Part shown: piece by piece, positions 51,101-61,788 of the stretch
How positions within the stretch are numbered: the stretch's first letter is position 1
How the letters are laid out: every line of letters begins with the position of its first letter
Assembly (NCBI GenBank): GCA_047495785.1
Contig: JBLDXI010000019.1
Location: forward strand, 2,914,001 to 2,978,000
Source: Lepidodermella squamata
Lineage: Eukaryota; Animalia; Gastrotricha
DNA: 64,000 nt
Direction of reading: 5' to 3'
Notes under the pieces: generated by a model
Databases searched by the model: none
What the model saw: the letters and a program-made list of their open reading frames with translations, nothing else
Told to the model about the DNA's origin: nothing
Translations under genes and position numbers: made by a program

Positions 51101-52868
51101 GATTTTCAGACCAACCCAAATCTCGCCATGTGCACCTTGCGTAGATCGTTTGAAATCCGCGAACTCGGATTGATTCTTAAACACTGCCAGTCGCCCATTC
51201 ATCAGCTCGCATTGAGTCTCAGCTGCGTACCATGTTACATTGCCCTCAACCGTTTGCCAAATACGCTGAGCATGCAAACAAGAATCTACAGAGTCGAAGA
51301 TAATCGGCTTCAGAAATCGATCCTCCCCGGACAAACATCCAGCCGAGGCATTTCGACATATCACAAAACCACCATCTTCTTGCGTACAGCGTTGGAAAGC
51401 GCTATTATTCGACTGTAAAGCTGTGACCTGAGAATGATGATGACAAATTTGAAATCAATGCTTCCAAGCACAGTAGCAAAGCTAACCGGGGGCTTTGGCT
51501 GGTTCAAGCAATTATTGTGATTTGCCCAGAAATCCTTATAATCATCGAAAATGTTCACCTGCGCGACAAAAGAGACAGCAATCGGGGTGTTCCGTGAAAT
51601 GATTGAATTTCAGCTCACCCGGTTGTACCGTAAAGGACAATTGGTGTAACAGAGTATTTCCTCGCCCACCAGACAGCTCACTACTCCCTGTAAAAAGGAT
51701 AAAATCGTGAAATCCTGAATTTGGATAGAAATTTCATGTTACCCCAGTGAGACATGCTTTCTTGTTGAAAAATTTTCCGTTTGAATAACGCCCAGTTTCA
51801 TTTTTCCAGCAGCCGCTGATTGCAAGACGGCAGTCGGTGAAAATTCCCGTTGATTTGTCGAAGCATCGAACGTGGGGGCTCTGGATGCTAGGATTTTGCA
51901 CTTAATAGAAAATCACTGCTATGAATGTTGAATAGGACATATTTACTCACTCGTTACGTTTAAGCATGAGTTGAAATTGTCGAATCGTTCATCGCCGTTG
52001 GTCTGAAAGTTAGGCGATAATAGATCTCAGATAAAAATATAAATAGTTGAAACAAAATACCGAATCTAATGGGCACTTTGATCTCAGAGGCGTGCATGTC
52101 GTTGGCACGTCGCCGGATTTGCATTGTTTGAACGTCTGATTCTGGATATGAATTTGATTTAAATTGCCATTATTGTGAGCTATTTTCATGCAAAAACACC
52201 TTGAATGTAGCTTCGAAGGCTTCACAGTCCTTCCAGTCATATTTCAGCGTTTTCGATTCAAACCTTCGAACCTTAAGAATAGATGAATCAAAATGACATG
52301 AATTAGTTATTACAAATGGAAATATTTTTCTGATATAGCTCGAGTACGGCGAGTTTAGATATGAACGATTTACGAGTGCTGCATCAAAAAATATCGAATT
52401 GGCCAAGCTACTCGACTTATATAAGACAAAATTAGCATAAATAATAATTACGGGGATTTCGCCAAATGGACAGCCTCTAAGCAGGGGTCGGCAGATTGGC
52501 GACATGTTCTTTTGATTGTAACACATTATTACGCTCTGTTAAAAAAATGTTTTCATATAGTTAACTGCATAATTCAAGAACAAGATTGTCGATTATTGAG
52601 CGAGAAAGTTTTATAGGCGCGAAACTTACACCAGTTGTGCACTCCTTCAAATTCTTGTAGTTACCGGTCTGGAATTGAGCAATTATCGACTATTAGAGAA
52701 AATAAGATTTTTTCATACCCCTGTCTCTTTCGGGCGATCGCAGCCACCTTTCATATCATTTCTGCACGCAATAAATTGATATTTATGAATCGAATAGCAT
52801 CGCCGCCATGCAGGCCAGACAGGGCCAATGGTTGTGGAGGTGATCAAAAACCAGATAATAAGATTCAT
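48143..52868 (-). CDS. Multi-exon secreted four-CTLD C-type lectin, copy B (apparently intact; not all junctions resolved)
   Basis: Signal peptide at ATG 52868; Cys-rich spacer exons; CTLD ORFs 50717-51364, 49479-49985, 48819-49292, 48143-48664. Confidence 0.8.
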
Positions 52869-55609
52869 TTTTGTCAATCAAAATTTAAATGATGGAAAAA
52901 TTCAACTTTTTACGGATTATAAAGACACGAGTCTGGCGTCGAAAGTCGAATGGTGGCGCAAATAATGAGGGCGAAATATTGTCCAGCTAATTTTTGAAAC
53001 AATTCAAACGGATTTGGGTCAGATTTTGATTAAACAGAATGAGTTGTTTTTCTTTCTTTCCTTTAACTCGCACTTAAGCTGCACCTATTGCGCAACCAGG
53101 CGAGGTCATCAGTTGGAAAAAATCGAGGTCAGGCTTCGTATTCTTTAGCGTTTTCGGATAGAGGCAACTGGTTATTTGATTGCTTATTTGCTGGCCAATT
53201 GATTACTGGCAGTATTGGCTTGAATTCAACATCGCACAATTTGTTAGACGGGGTCAGCATTTCAAATATAAATTCAAATCTAGCCTGAATTCACTGCCAG
53301 CCATCGATTCAGCGTCCTAACACATTGAGTATGTAAATAATCTGGAAGCATTCATGATAATTCTAGAGAGTTAATATGTAAAATTTACATCGGCGAGGTA
53401 AAAGGTTCCTCAGCGATAGGCGGCGAAAGCTGCCCGAAGTTCAAGGAACGATTTCAAGCTATTCAAGCTAATGAGAAGTTATAATGTCCCACTTGTGAGG
53501 TAAAACGCGACGCAACATTTCGGTAAGGGTCGCGTCATCGCTGTAATTGTAGACAAGTGGCTCTCCCGGCTTGGATAATTATACGCACGATATATAGAAT
53601 TTTCATCTGAAATCCTGCTATGGGGCTATTCCCTTCATGCTTTATTGTACCTAAATGCTCTAACGATAATTTAAGAATCGCCGCATCTCATCCATCCGCT
53701 TATACTTTATACAGTCGAAATTAACATCGAATCTCCCCCAATTAGACCGGCTTGCACTGTGCATTTGTCGTTGAGTAGAATTGTCTTGCCCATTTAACAG
53801 TCTCGCCATCGCCAATGTCACTGCATATGGCTCGGGGGAGAGCCTAGCCTGGTAGTTTATGCATCATTGGGCTATCGAACGCCGACGTTAATTCGGCCGA
53901 GTGGTTGGAGGCAATTACAGGATGTTAAAGATTTCACATTGTTGGTGGGTGGGTATTTCTCAATCTACATAAGCCTCTTTAAGCTTCCCTTTTTAAATGA
54001 AGTGCCGACACTTTACAAACGCAACGCACCTAAGGCAGTCCAACTCAGTATCATTTAATACGATAAGGTTTTTGTATCTCCGAAAAATGATGCGATTCTA
54101 TCCTTTCATTTCATCTTCAAAGATGCTGCCTCACAGACCATATGGCTCAGAACTTATAAAAATGCATTCATATTTCGACATGACGCCATGGAGTTTGTTT
54201 CAAAATACAGTCACGCGCTTGTGACTCTGATTGGATTGGGCGTTTTCCATCCCGGGACACAGCATTTCACCGGGGTTCACCTTCAACTTCAAGATAAACA
54301 AGATGTTAAACAATCAAAATATAGATCACCTGGCAGTGATGACTGTGTTTTGTAGATTATCAACGTACTGTCGTTTGAAAGAAACAGGAGGACCGTTTTT
54401 GAATCCTTCACGCAACATTAGCTTAACACGGACTAAAAATTTGTTTCACCTATAGATCATGCGGTTGCACTCTAATTTTGGACAAGGTGTCTGGATGGTT
54501 CAGACACAAATCTGCCAATACGCATTAATTTAAAGCTTTATCCGAACTCCTGATCCAGTTATGTCTGTATAAATATTCAGATCATATAGAAAAGAAAAAT
54601 CATTATATTCCATTTACGAAGAATGCGGAACGGCAAAACATGATCATCGAACCGCGCTTTTCACTGTAGGGTACTTAAATCCCGTTATTAGCTTCGAAAC
54701 ATCGTAAGAATCACGCATCGCGTCGAAGTGATGCGTGTGGGGGAACAAGAAGTGCGTAAGCCTGAAAGTTGCACTTGAAAATTTGAAGGAGATCGCCATC
54801 TCATCAAGCCAAGCTTATCTTTCATTTCTCTCTCGTGGCGACCGACTTAATTCGGCGATCATTTGCGGCTTTCTCTGAGTGTTTTGACTGGGTGCGAAAA
54901 TTTATTAGAATCTCAGGTCTGAGAGGAAATCACGTGGCCATTAATTTAACGATTTCTATTAAAAATAACTTTTTCTCTCATTACTCTGGTCACGCAAAAC
55001 ACCGATTTTCAACAAGGAAGTGTATTGTTTAAGATCGTCTAGACTCTGGACATCCGTTTTAAGTAATACGTCATTCTTCTGTTTTCCTGCTTTATTATCG
55101 GAATGCAACTTTAAAGTACAGCCTCGAGCTACGAATTCTAAATGTGGTATTGAATTCTTTCGTTATTAGTAATCTATCATCGCTTTCAATAATTCATCAC
55201 TGAAACATGGTTCTTCCGATCGATAAGCTTAGCGTTAATTCGATTAAGCGTGCAAAAAGTTGAATCAACGTGAGAACAAAGCGTAGGATGCGCGTCATTT
55301 CAAGCCGGCCTGCTGTTAATCACCCAGCCCCCGCTACGTCGCCCTATTCTTAGTAGCGTGTCATCAATAATTAGTTTGATCAGTATGACTGCCCACTTGG
55401 CATTATGCATACCGGCGCGCGTAACTCCCGGCGTCTTAATATTTTATGCCGGCTGCCATGCGGACGACCGCTTAATCACCCGTTTTTCACGTGTGCGCAG
55501 CCGGGCGTGACGAAGCGGCGCCACGTGTCGATCACTATTTGTTTTTACAACCAAACATCACTTCACTTTTTTGCTCCTGTATTATAGCCGCAAGGTTAAA
55601 AACTCTGTT

Positions 55610-56077
55610 ATGAATCTTCAAACTTTGGTCGCTGGTTACGTGATAGCTGCTGGGCAGGTTCTGGGCGAAGACTCGAACAGGCAGAATGTTGTCTACAAAA
55701 CACCTAAGGGTGTTGTCGTTCAATTGGCGAAAAGCCAAGGTGAACCAGCCAACGAACAGGTGGCGAAATCGGCTCTCCTTCGCACGCTGATCAGTCAAAA
55801 TCAGCAAAATTCGACCTTCACATCGCAAATAAGCGTCGAAGGCTCGGCGAACTCGAACACGACGACGCCTATTTCAAAAGCGAAATCCTTAGCCGAGCAA
55901 ATGTTGGCATCCGGAGCTATGTTTGACATTATGGTGGCCTGTATTGTCATGGTCATTCTCATCTGGTCGATATGGACTGTTAAGAAGATTGTCGACACGT
56001 GCAAAAACAGGCGGAAAGCGCCGCAAATGGGCAAGCTTCTCCAGAATTCGAATACTGATGACTGTGAATGTTCGTGA
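55610..56077 (+). CDS. Small single-pass (type I) membrane protein of unknown function
   Basis: ATG 55610; N-terminal hydrophobic leader, S/T/N-rich stalk, TM IMVACIVMVILIWSIWTV followed by KK; AATAAA downstream. Confidence 0.65.
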   Translation: MNLQTLVAGYVIAAGQVLGEDSNRQNVVYKTPKGVVVQLAKSQGEPANEQVAKSALLRTLISQNQQNSTFTSQISVEGSANSNTTTPISKAKSLAEQMLASGAMFDIMVACIVMVILIWSIWTVKKIVDTCKNRRKAPQMGKLLQNSNTDDCECS

Positions 56078-56329
56078 TGAAATTTAGTGTTAATTCCGCT
56101 TTGAATATCGTTATTCACGCTATTTTAGCCAGTACAATTCAAATTGTAGCCTTCGAATTATTGTTGTGATACCTCAATTTACAGACAGTTACAGACAAAA
56201 TAAAAGGTTCAAAGGGCAAAAAACGTCTGTCATCTTGATTTGTCATTCTATGGCATAAATCATCAGATTTCTTGCTTCGCATTACATCCAATGACGTAAC
56301 AAGTAAATAATTTATTATTGAATCGATTC

Positions 56330-56682
56330 GTACAGCTTGGAGCTATTCATAAGAAAGGCGAATTTTTAAGTTTTGAATACAGCATGAAAGGAAGACGTGT
56401 CGCCGTCTACGGAGCCAAGGGCACAATCCTCGAGTGCGTACCTGCTGGTAACACTGCCAAGCAAATCCACCCGAGACCGCGGTTTCCTCCCTCCCGGTGT
56501 AGGACGCCATTCACCGGCAATCAAGATATGGCTACTCAGTACGCAAAGCCTGGGGACCAAGGTTCGACCATCAACCATGGGAATAGTTGACTCATAAGCC
56601 TTGTGATGATGTCTGATACCAAATGCTAAATGTCGAAAGGCAACTTGCATAAATAAAGAGTATGAGTATGAGTATGAGTATG
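56330..56682 (+). mobile_element. Probable 5'-truncated LINE 3' end
   Basis: GC-richer coding-like stretch ending in AATAAA followed directly by a (GAGTAT)4 tail, as in CR1/L2-group elements. Confidence 0.5.
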
Positions 56683-57586
56683 TCCTATATGGAACAACCG
56701 AGGGAAATTAAACGAAGAAAGGACTCAATTCTAGAAGAAGATACGATGCCCAATCTGCTAGCCGAACATTGAATCCTCCATTGAATCAGGAGCCAACATC
56801 AACTTGCGAGTACAAGCGGCTATTTGCGCCTCTACTTGCTCGTCAAACGGAAGGCCTTCTGCCAAGAAAGGTGAAGCTTTCTGCCATTAATTTTATGATT
56901 GCAATTGAGTAGTAAGGGGGGGGTCTCCAGCAACGGTCAAATTTTCAAATATTTTCCCACGGTCGGAGAAATGAATCATAAGAATAAATATGGAAAATGA
57001 TGGAAAAATAAATGTCAAGGTCATGTGTAAAGTTTTGGCGCCAAAAATTTAAAATAAAAGTCAAGGTCGTTTTCCCAAGGTCACGTGACAGCGGCAGGAC
57101 CGATCATTATTGATTGATTATCGATTATCGATTTTCGGAACTTATATCGGTAATAACAGGATGACAAAGATGTTTTCCTACGATCAGGTGTGACTGCGAC
57201 AGTACTTATCGATTATTGGAAATCACGCTGATTGGAAATAATGAAATTCAATAGGTCGTTTGATGCGATTTTCCCACGGTCAGGATCGATGCTCGCAAAA
57301 TGGAAACTTCCGAAAAGTCAAAATAAAGTAAACAAATACCACGATTCAGTAGGAAAAAAAATAAAATAAAATCCCAAAAATAAATGTCAATTTCGCTGGC
57401 TGCGTTGTCTATCGTAACCATCAAATCGATTTTTGATTAATAATTAAATTACATACACACCTTGCATTGAAATTTTATTGCGCAATTAAAACACTCACTC
57501 ACTCACTCACTCACTCACTCACTCACTCCTTGCGCCTCACAAAATGTTCAAAATCACTCCTTGCGAATTGTGTGAAAATCATCGCA

Positions 57587-57883
57587 TCAATCTAACATGG
57601 GGGCATTTAAAATGCTTCGAATCAGCCGAACACGCTCAATCACTTGCACCAGCATTAGTAAGCCTTCCGCAGTTTCGCGTTGTAAAATCATCAACGAGTC
57701 GACTTTACGCTCGAGCTGATCAATTCGGAATCCAATATTGTCAATGGCAAGTGATAAATCGCGCAGTTGATTCCGCTGCTGCTGCTGTTGAGGATGGACA
57801 GTTACAACCGCAGGAGATAGCTGTTGTTGTTGTTGCTGCTGTTGTCCTTGAGGGCTTCGAAAACCACTGGCTCGAGAATCCAT
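57587..57883 (-). CDS. Gln-rich coiled-coil protein (Polinton cargo; upstream exons possible)
   Basis: poly-Q, then heptads LRDLSLAIDNIGFRIDQLERKVDSL. Confidence 0.5.
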   Translation of the reverse strand: MDSRASGFRSPQGQQQQQQQQLSPAVVTVHPQQQQQRNQLRDLSLAIDNIGFRIDQLERKVDSLMILQRETAEGLLMLVQVIERVRLIRSILNAPMLD

Positions 57884-58301
57884 CGATACTAATAATGATG
57901 AAGATGATGATGATCGTGCTGAATGCTCGCAAAGTAGTAGTAGTACTAGTACAGTATCAAGAGGTTGGTAATAAATTGCGAAAATTTGCAGGAGTAATAT
58001 AGGTATTGCAACTGCAAAGTATTGTTAGTGCATGAAGTTACTTAGATGGCGCGAAAGCACACCAATAATTTGTAATGCTCCTGCTGCTGTCAAAGTTCCA
58101 TTATACACTGGCGTTAATGCACTATAAGCGCGGGTAGAGAGGAGCGGCACGTCAACACACGTCACCGCTCATCAAAACGATCACCGCTCACCAAACCCTG
58201 GGAATAAAAAAAAACCGACAGGTTTCGCGCGCTTTACTTTCGTGACATGTAATATATGCGATTCTTGTTATAATATTGCGAATTGCTAATAATTCGAAGA
58301 A

Positions 58302-59093
58302 ATGGAGGAAATTTTCAAACACCCTTGGAATTTTCACCATATTATTGACAACATTTTATCGTGTATTCATAATGATCATGAGCTCGGCCATTTGTGCAAA
58401 GCTTATTTCGAAACCGGGAGGTATGTAGTTAAATATCACCTGGAGAAGCGAATAGAGTGGTACCTAAGGCCTAACGATAACCGCTTTACGGCTATAACGA
58501 GTCGGATTGTTTTCGCGAATAGACCCACAGGTGATAGCCTCACACCATATTGGGTCGAATATGCAGCTTTTAAATTCGGCGCGACGAAAAGTCTCTTCGA
58601 AATTCTTCAAAATTATCACGTGACAGATTACATCGTCTCCTTATTCATGCGTCAGTTATTATTAAATAAATGAAAAATTAATAAAATTATTATTATTATT
58701 ATCATTATTTCAGACCACGAACCGGATATGAAGTGTGCCCTTGAACCATTCTGGTCTATCTACATGCGAGAAAACGATCGAGCGTCGCTCTTGCTAGTGG
58801 CAGCGGCTAATCCAAACCTGACAAGCCGCTCGCTATCTCGAATGGTAGAAGCCGGGGCTGAAATCAATTTCGTGTCGCCGAGATGGCTACTTTCACCGCT
58901 ATTAGAAGCCGCAGCCACTGGCTCAACCAGTTCGGTTTTGTACCTGGTCAACATGCGTGCAAACGTATATCACGCCGATTTGCATGGTCAACGCCCCATC
59001 GACCGTGTTCATACGTGCGAGTGGGAGAAATATCGCATTTTGCGTCAGGCTGAATCGACCAAGGCAACATCAAAAATAAAAAGATGGCGCTGA
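58302..59093 (+). CDS. Ankyrin-repeat protein with F-box-like N-terminus; join(58302..58650,58714..59093)
   Basis: FHHIIDNILSCI..DHELGHLCKA; GAEIN...SPLLEAA..G....V.YLV..RANVYHADLHGQRPID; 63-nt GTCAGT..TTTCAG intron keeps frame. Confidence 0.72.
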
Positions 59094-59243
59094 TGGGGCG
59101 GCGGCGACCGGTAAAATTCCAGATGATGATGATGAAGCAGAATAATAACGGTGGTCAAGACTTGAAATTTTTTTCAGAATAAAAGGCGCGCGCGCCACCC
59201 AGTTTTAATTTTTTTCCTATTCATTTTGCAATTTTCTCAAATA

Positions 59244-59807
59244 ATGTTTGATATCGACGTTTTTATCAGAAATACTGTTGCTACTTTTAACCTGGGCGGT
59301 GTTGAACTCGAGCTGCGTAAAATAATCACGTATTTCAGAATGGCAGAAATATCACCGAGATTCAGGAATGCCGTTATCATCAAGGAAAAATACTATTCCG
59401 CCTTGATTTTCAAAACAGGCAACATTGTTGTTATAGCCAAGAAACCAGAATTGGCTCTGAAATGCGGGCGGCGGTTAGCGAGAAAACTTCAGCTGCAGAG
59501 CAACAATAACTCGATCAAATTTCAAAACTTTCGAATTCGTAATTGTACCGTTACTGGTCAACTACCAACGACTATTAGCTTCAATACAACTCTCCTGAAT
59601 GAATTATCTTCAATTAGCACTCGAGTAAAGCTCGACTTGACGCGGTTTCCTGCTTTGCGAATCGAAAATATTATGGACCAGAAAGTTAGTATTAATTTGT
59701 TTTCATCAGGTCGATTTTGTATTACAGGGATAACCGATCCCAAATCTGAAATGCAAAATATGGCTGTGGAAAAATTTCTTGTTATCGCTTTGGCGAATTC
59801 AAAATAA
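59244..59807 (+). CDS. Divergent TATA-box-binding protein (TBP) homolog, core domain only, intronless
   Basis: Two TBP repeats: IRNTVATFNLG..LELRKI...AEISPRF.NAVI....SALIFKTGNIV and FQNFRIRN...RFPAL....KVSINLFSSGRFCITG. Confidence 0.92.
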   Translation: MFDIDVFIRNTVATFNLGGVELELRKIITYFRMAEISPRFRNAVIIKEKYYSALIFKTGNIVVIAKKPELALKCGRRLARKLQLQSNNNSIKFQNFRIRNCTVTGQLPTTISFNTTLLNELSSISTRVKLDLTRFPALRIENIMDQKVSINLFSSGRFCITGITDPKSEMQNMAVEKFLVIALANSK

Positions 59808-60116
59808 AATTTCAATTTTTTTGTGTTAAAACAAATCCACCTTAATTTTTTTATTTTTACTTCGTACTCACTCTATATATTATAATCGCGCACAGCCAAT
59901 AGCATGCGAGGTGGGCGGAGCTTGTGGACACCACGCACTCACAATTGTTTTGGCAATCATAACTAGTAGTAGTAGTAGTAGTAGTAGTAGTAGGTAGTAG
60001 CCAGAACAACCATAAAACATGAATTGAATAGACCTTAATGTATGAATGACAATCTCAATAAATATAATATAAATAGCATAATAATAATAATAATAATAAT
60101 AACAACAACACGAGTA

Positions 60117-60293
60117 ATGAAGACTTATACCTCCCTAAATTATGGTTCCAAAATCACTGTCCTGCCATCCTGCCTGTTGCGGAAAGTGGATTTCGACATT
60201 TATATGCAGCAACCTGAAATAATGCTAGCCAAAGTCACCATTTTACCTAACTACCTGTCAGCCAAAGTGGAGTTTGACATATATAATTATTGA
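60117..60293 (+). CDS. 58-aa micro-protein with two 18-aa repeats
   Basis: KITVLPSCLLRKVDFDIY / KVTILPNYLSAKVEFDIY; the repeats differ by synonymous changes (act/acc, ctg/tta, cca/cct, ttc/ttt, att/ata). Confidence 0.6.
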   Translation: MKTYTSLNYGSKITVLPSCLLRKVDFDIYMQQPEIMLAKVTILPNYLSAKVEFDIYNY

Positions 60294-60427
60294 TGCGGAC
60301 CCGTCATCAATCGTATAATAATAAACTTGGGTGCACTTTTGGGGGCTAAACGCAGGAAATATTAGCGGACTGAGGTTACACATTATAGTTTTCACATTTA
60401 TAGAATAATTCTATAGAATAACTTGTT

Positions 60428-60955
60428 ATGGATCAGCAATATAACCCTATTGCTACCTACAACGAACTGTGTGCTGCTGCTCGCGATGCACAGCGTTTAA
60501 TAAATATGCTGCAAGCCTTTAAGCAAGTAATGTCCAGAGAGGTGGACATAGTAAAACGGGACCTCAAGTATCTTGAGGAACATAGGTAAGCTTTTGACGA
60601 ATTTTCTGTCGGCTAATCTAATTTATTACGCGTTAGAATGATGATACCCCACACAATGAGTCCCGCCATCGAGGTACTACTCGGCCAACAGGTCATACTG
60701 GTTGAGATGAATGAACGAAGCTGCGCCCTGAAATGGTTGCTCAACGATATGATTAGCCAGGTAGAGCCAGCTGCCCGGACACAGCACGCAGCAGCCCAGC
60801 AGGCAGCAGCAGCAGTAGCTCAGCAACAAGCAGCAGCCCAACAGGTAGCAGCGCAGCAACAGGTAGCAGCGCAGCAAGCAGCCCGACAGGCAGCAACAGC
60901 ACGAGCCGTTCTGGACGAGGTCTTGGCCGAAGCCTTGGACGAAAATCAAGAATAG
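60428..60955 (+). CDS. Helical Ala/Gln-rich protein; join(60428..60585,60637..60955)
   Basis: ATG 60428; 51-nt GTAAG..TAG intron keeps frame; AAQQQV repeats. Confidence 0.7.
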
Positions 60956-61788
60956 TCGCAGCAGAAGCAGTCAGAAGCAGTCAATGTGGAAAAAGAGGAG
61001 ATACGTCGCCCCACGCCTTGGTGTATATTCATATCACGGTAACAAAATATATGCTTAATTTACTTACACTAATAGCTCCACCTGAAAGCTGTCACTTCAC
61101 TCGGTTCGAAGTTTTTGTAAATATAGCATACAAAATATGCAATATATTTATTACATTATCTCTATCTCACTCGAGGACACACACACACCCACACTGTAAT
61201 AATGAATTCGACTTCGAATTTTTTGTATATAGCGATTGTTATTATTATTATTATTATTATATGCATGCTGGCATGTAAATAGATATCTCTCTCTCTCTTT
61301 CTTTGAAAAATTTTTAAACATAGCGCTTGCTTATTATTATTATTATTATTATTTCGAAAAATTGTAATAATAAGAATCATGTAGAATTTCGCGCTTTAAC
61401 CTGGTCGAACACTTGAAGTTCCATTTTTTTTAAATAAAATAAATCATGACTTTTATACTCCCATCTTTGAGTTCATTTTGAGAATGGAATGCAGATTTTT
61501 TTCAGTGCGCGTGTTCATTGAATAATAAAATTGGACTCACGGCTCGTGGATATGATTGGTGTGCGAGGGGTGCTAACCAACCAATGAGCGCAGAGATGTA
61601 TAGCATTACTAGTATAATTTCTTTTGCAGTAGTAGTCGTACACTACTTCTTAACCGGTAGTTTTTCTACACACTTAAATAGTAACAATTTCCGCGCCAAA
61701 ACAGCAGCAGCAGCACCGAGTGAGTATTTAAAAATGCAGGCCTCTCATAAAGAATAATTTACCCAATTTCATCGATATAATTCTAGTT

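Noticed and set aside
57544-58002. 152-aa plus-strand ORF
   Set aside because: Likely the antisense of the Gln-rich coiled-coil ORF, built from simple repeats.
59244-59807. Host TBP or TRF2 gene
   Set aside because: Far too divergent for the highly conserved host TBP, retains the Phe residues TRF2 lacks, and sits between a Polinton-type terminus and pPolB.
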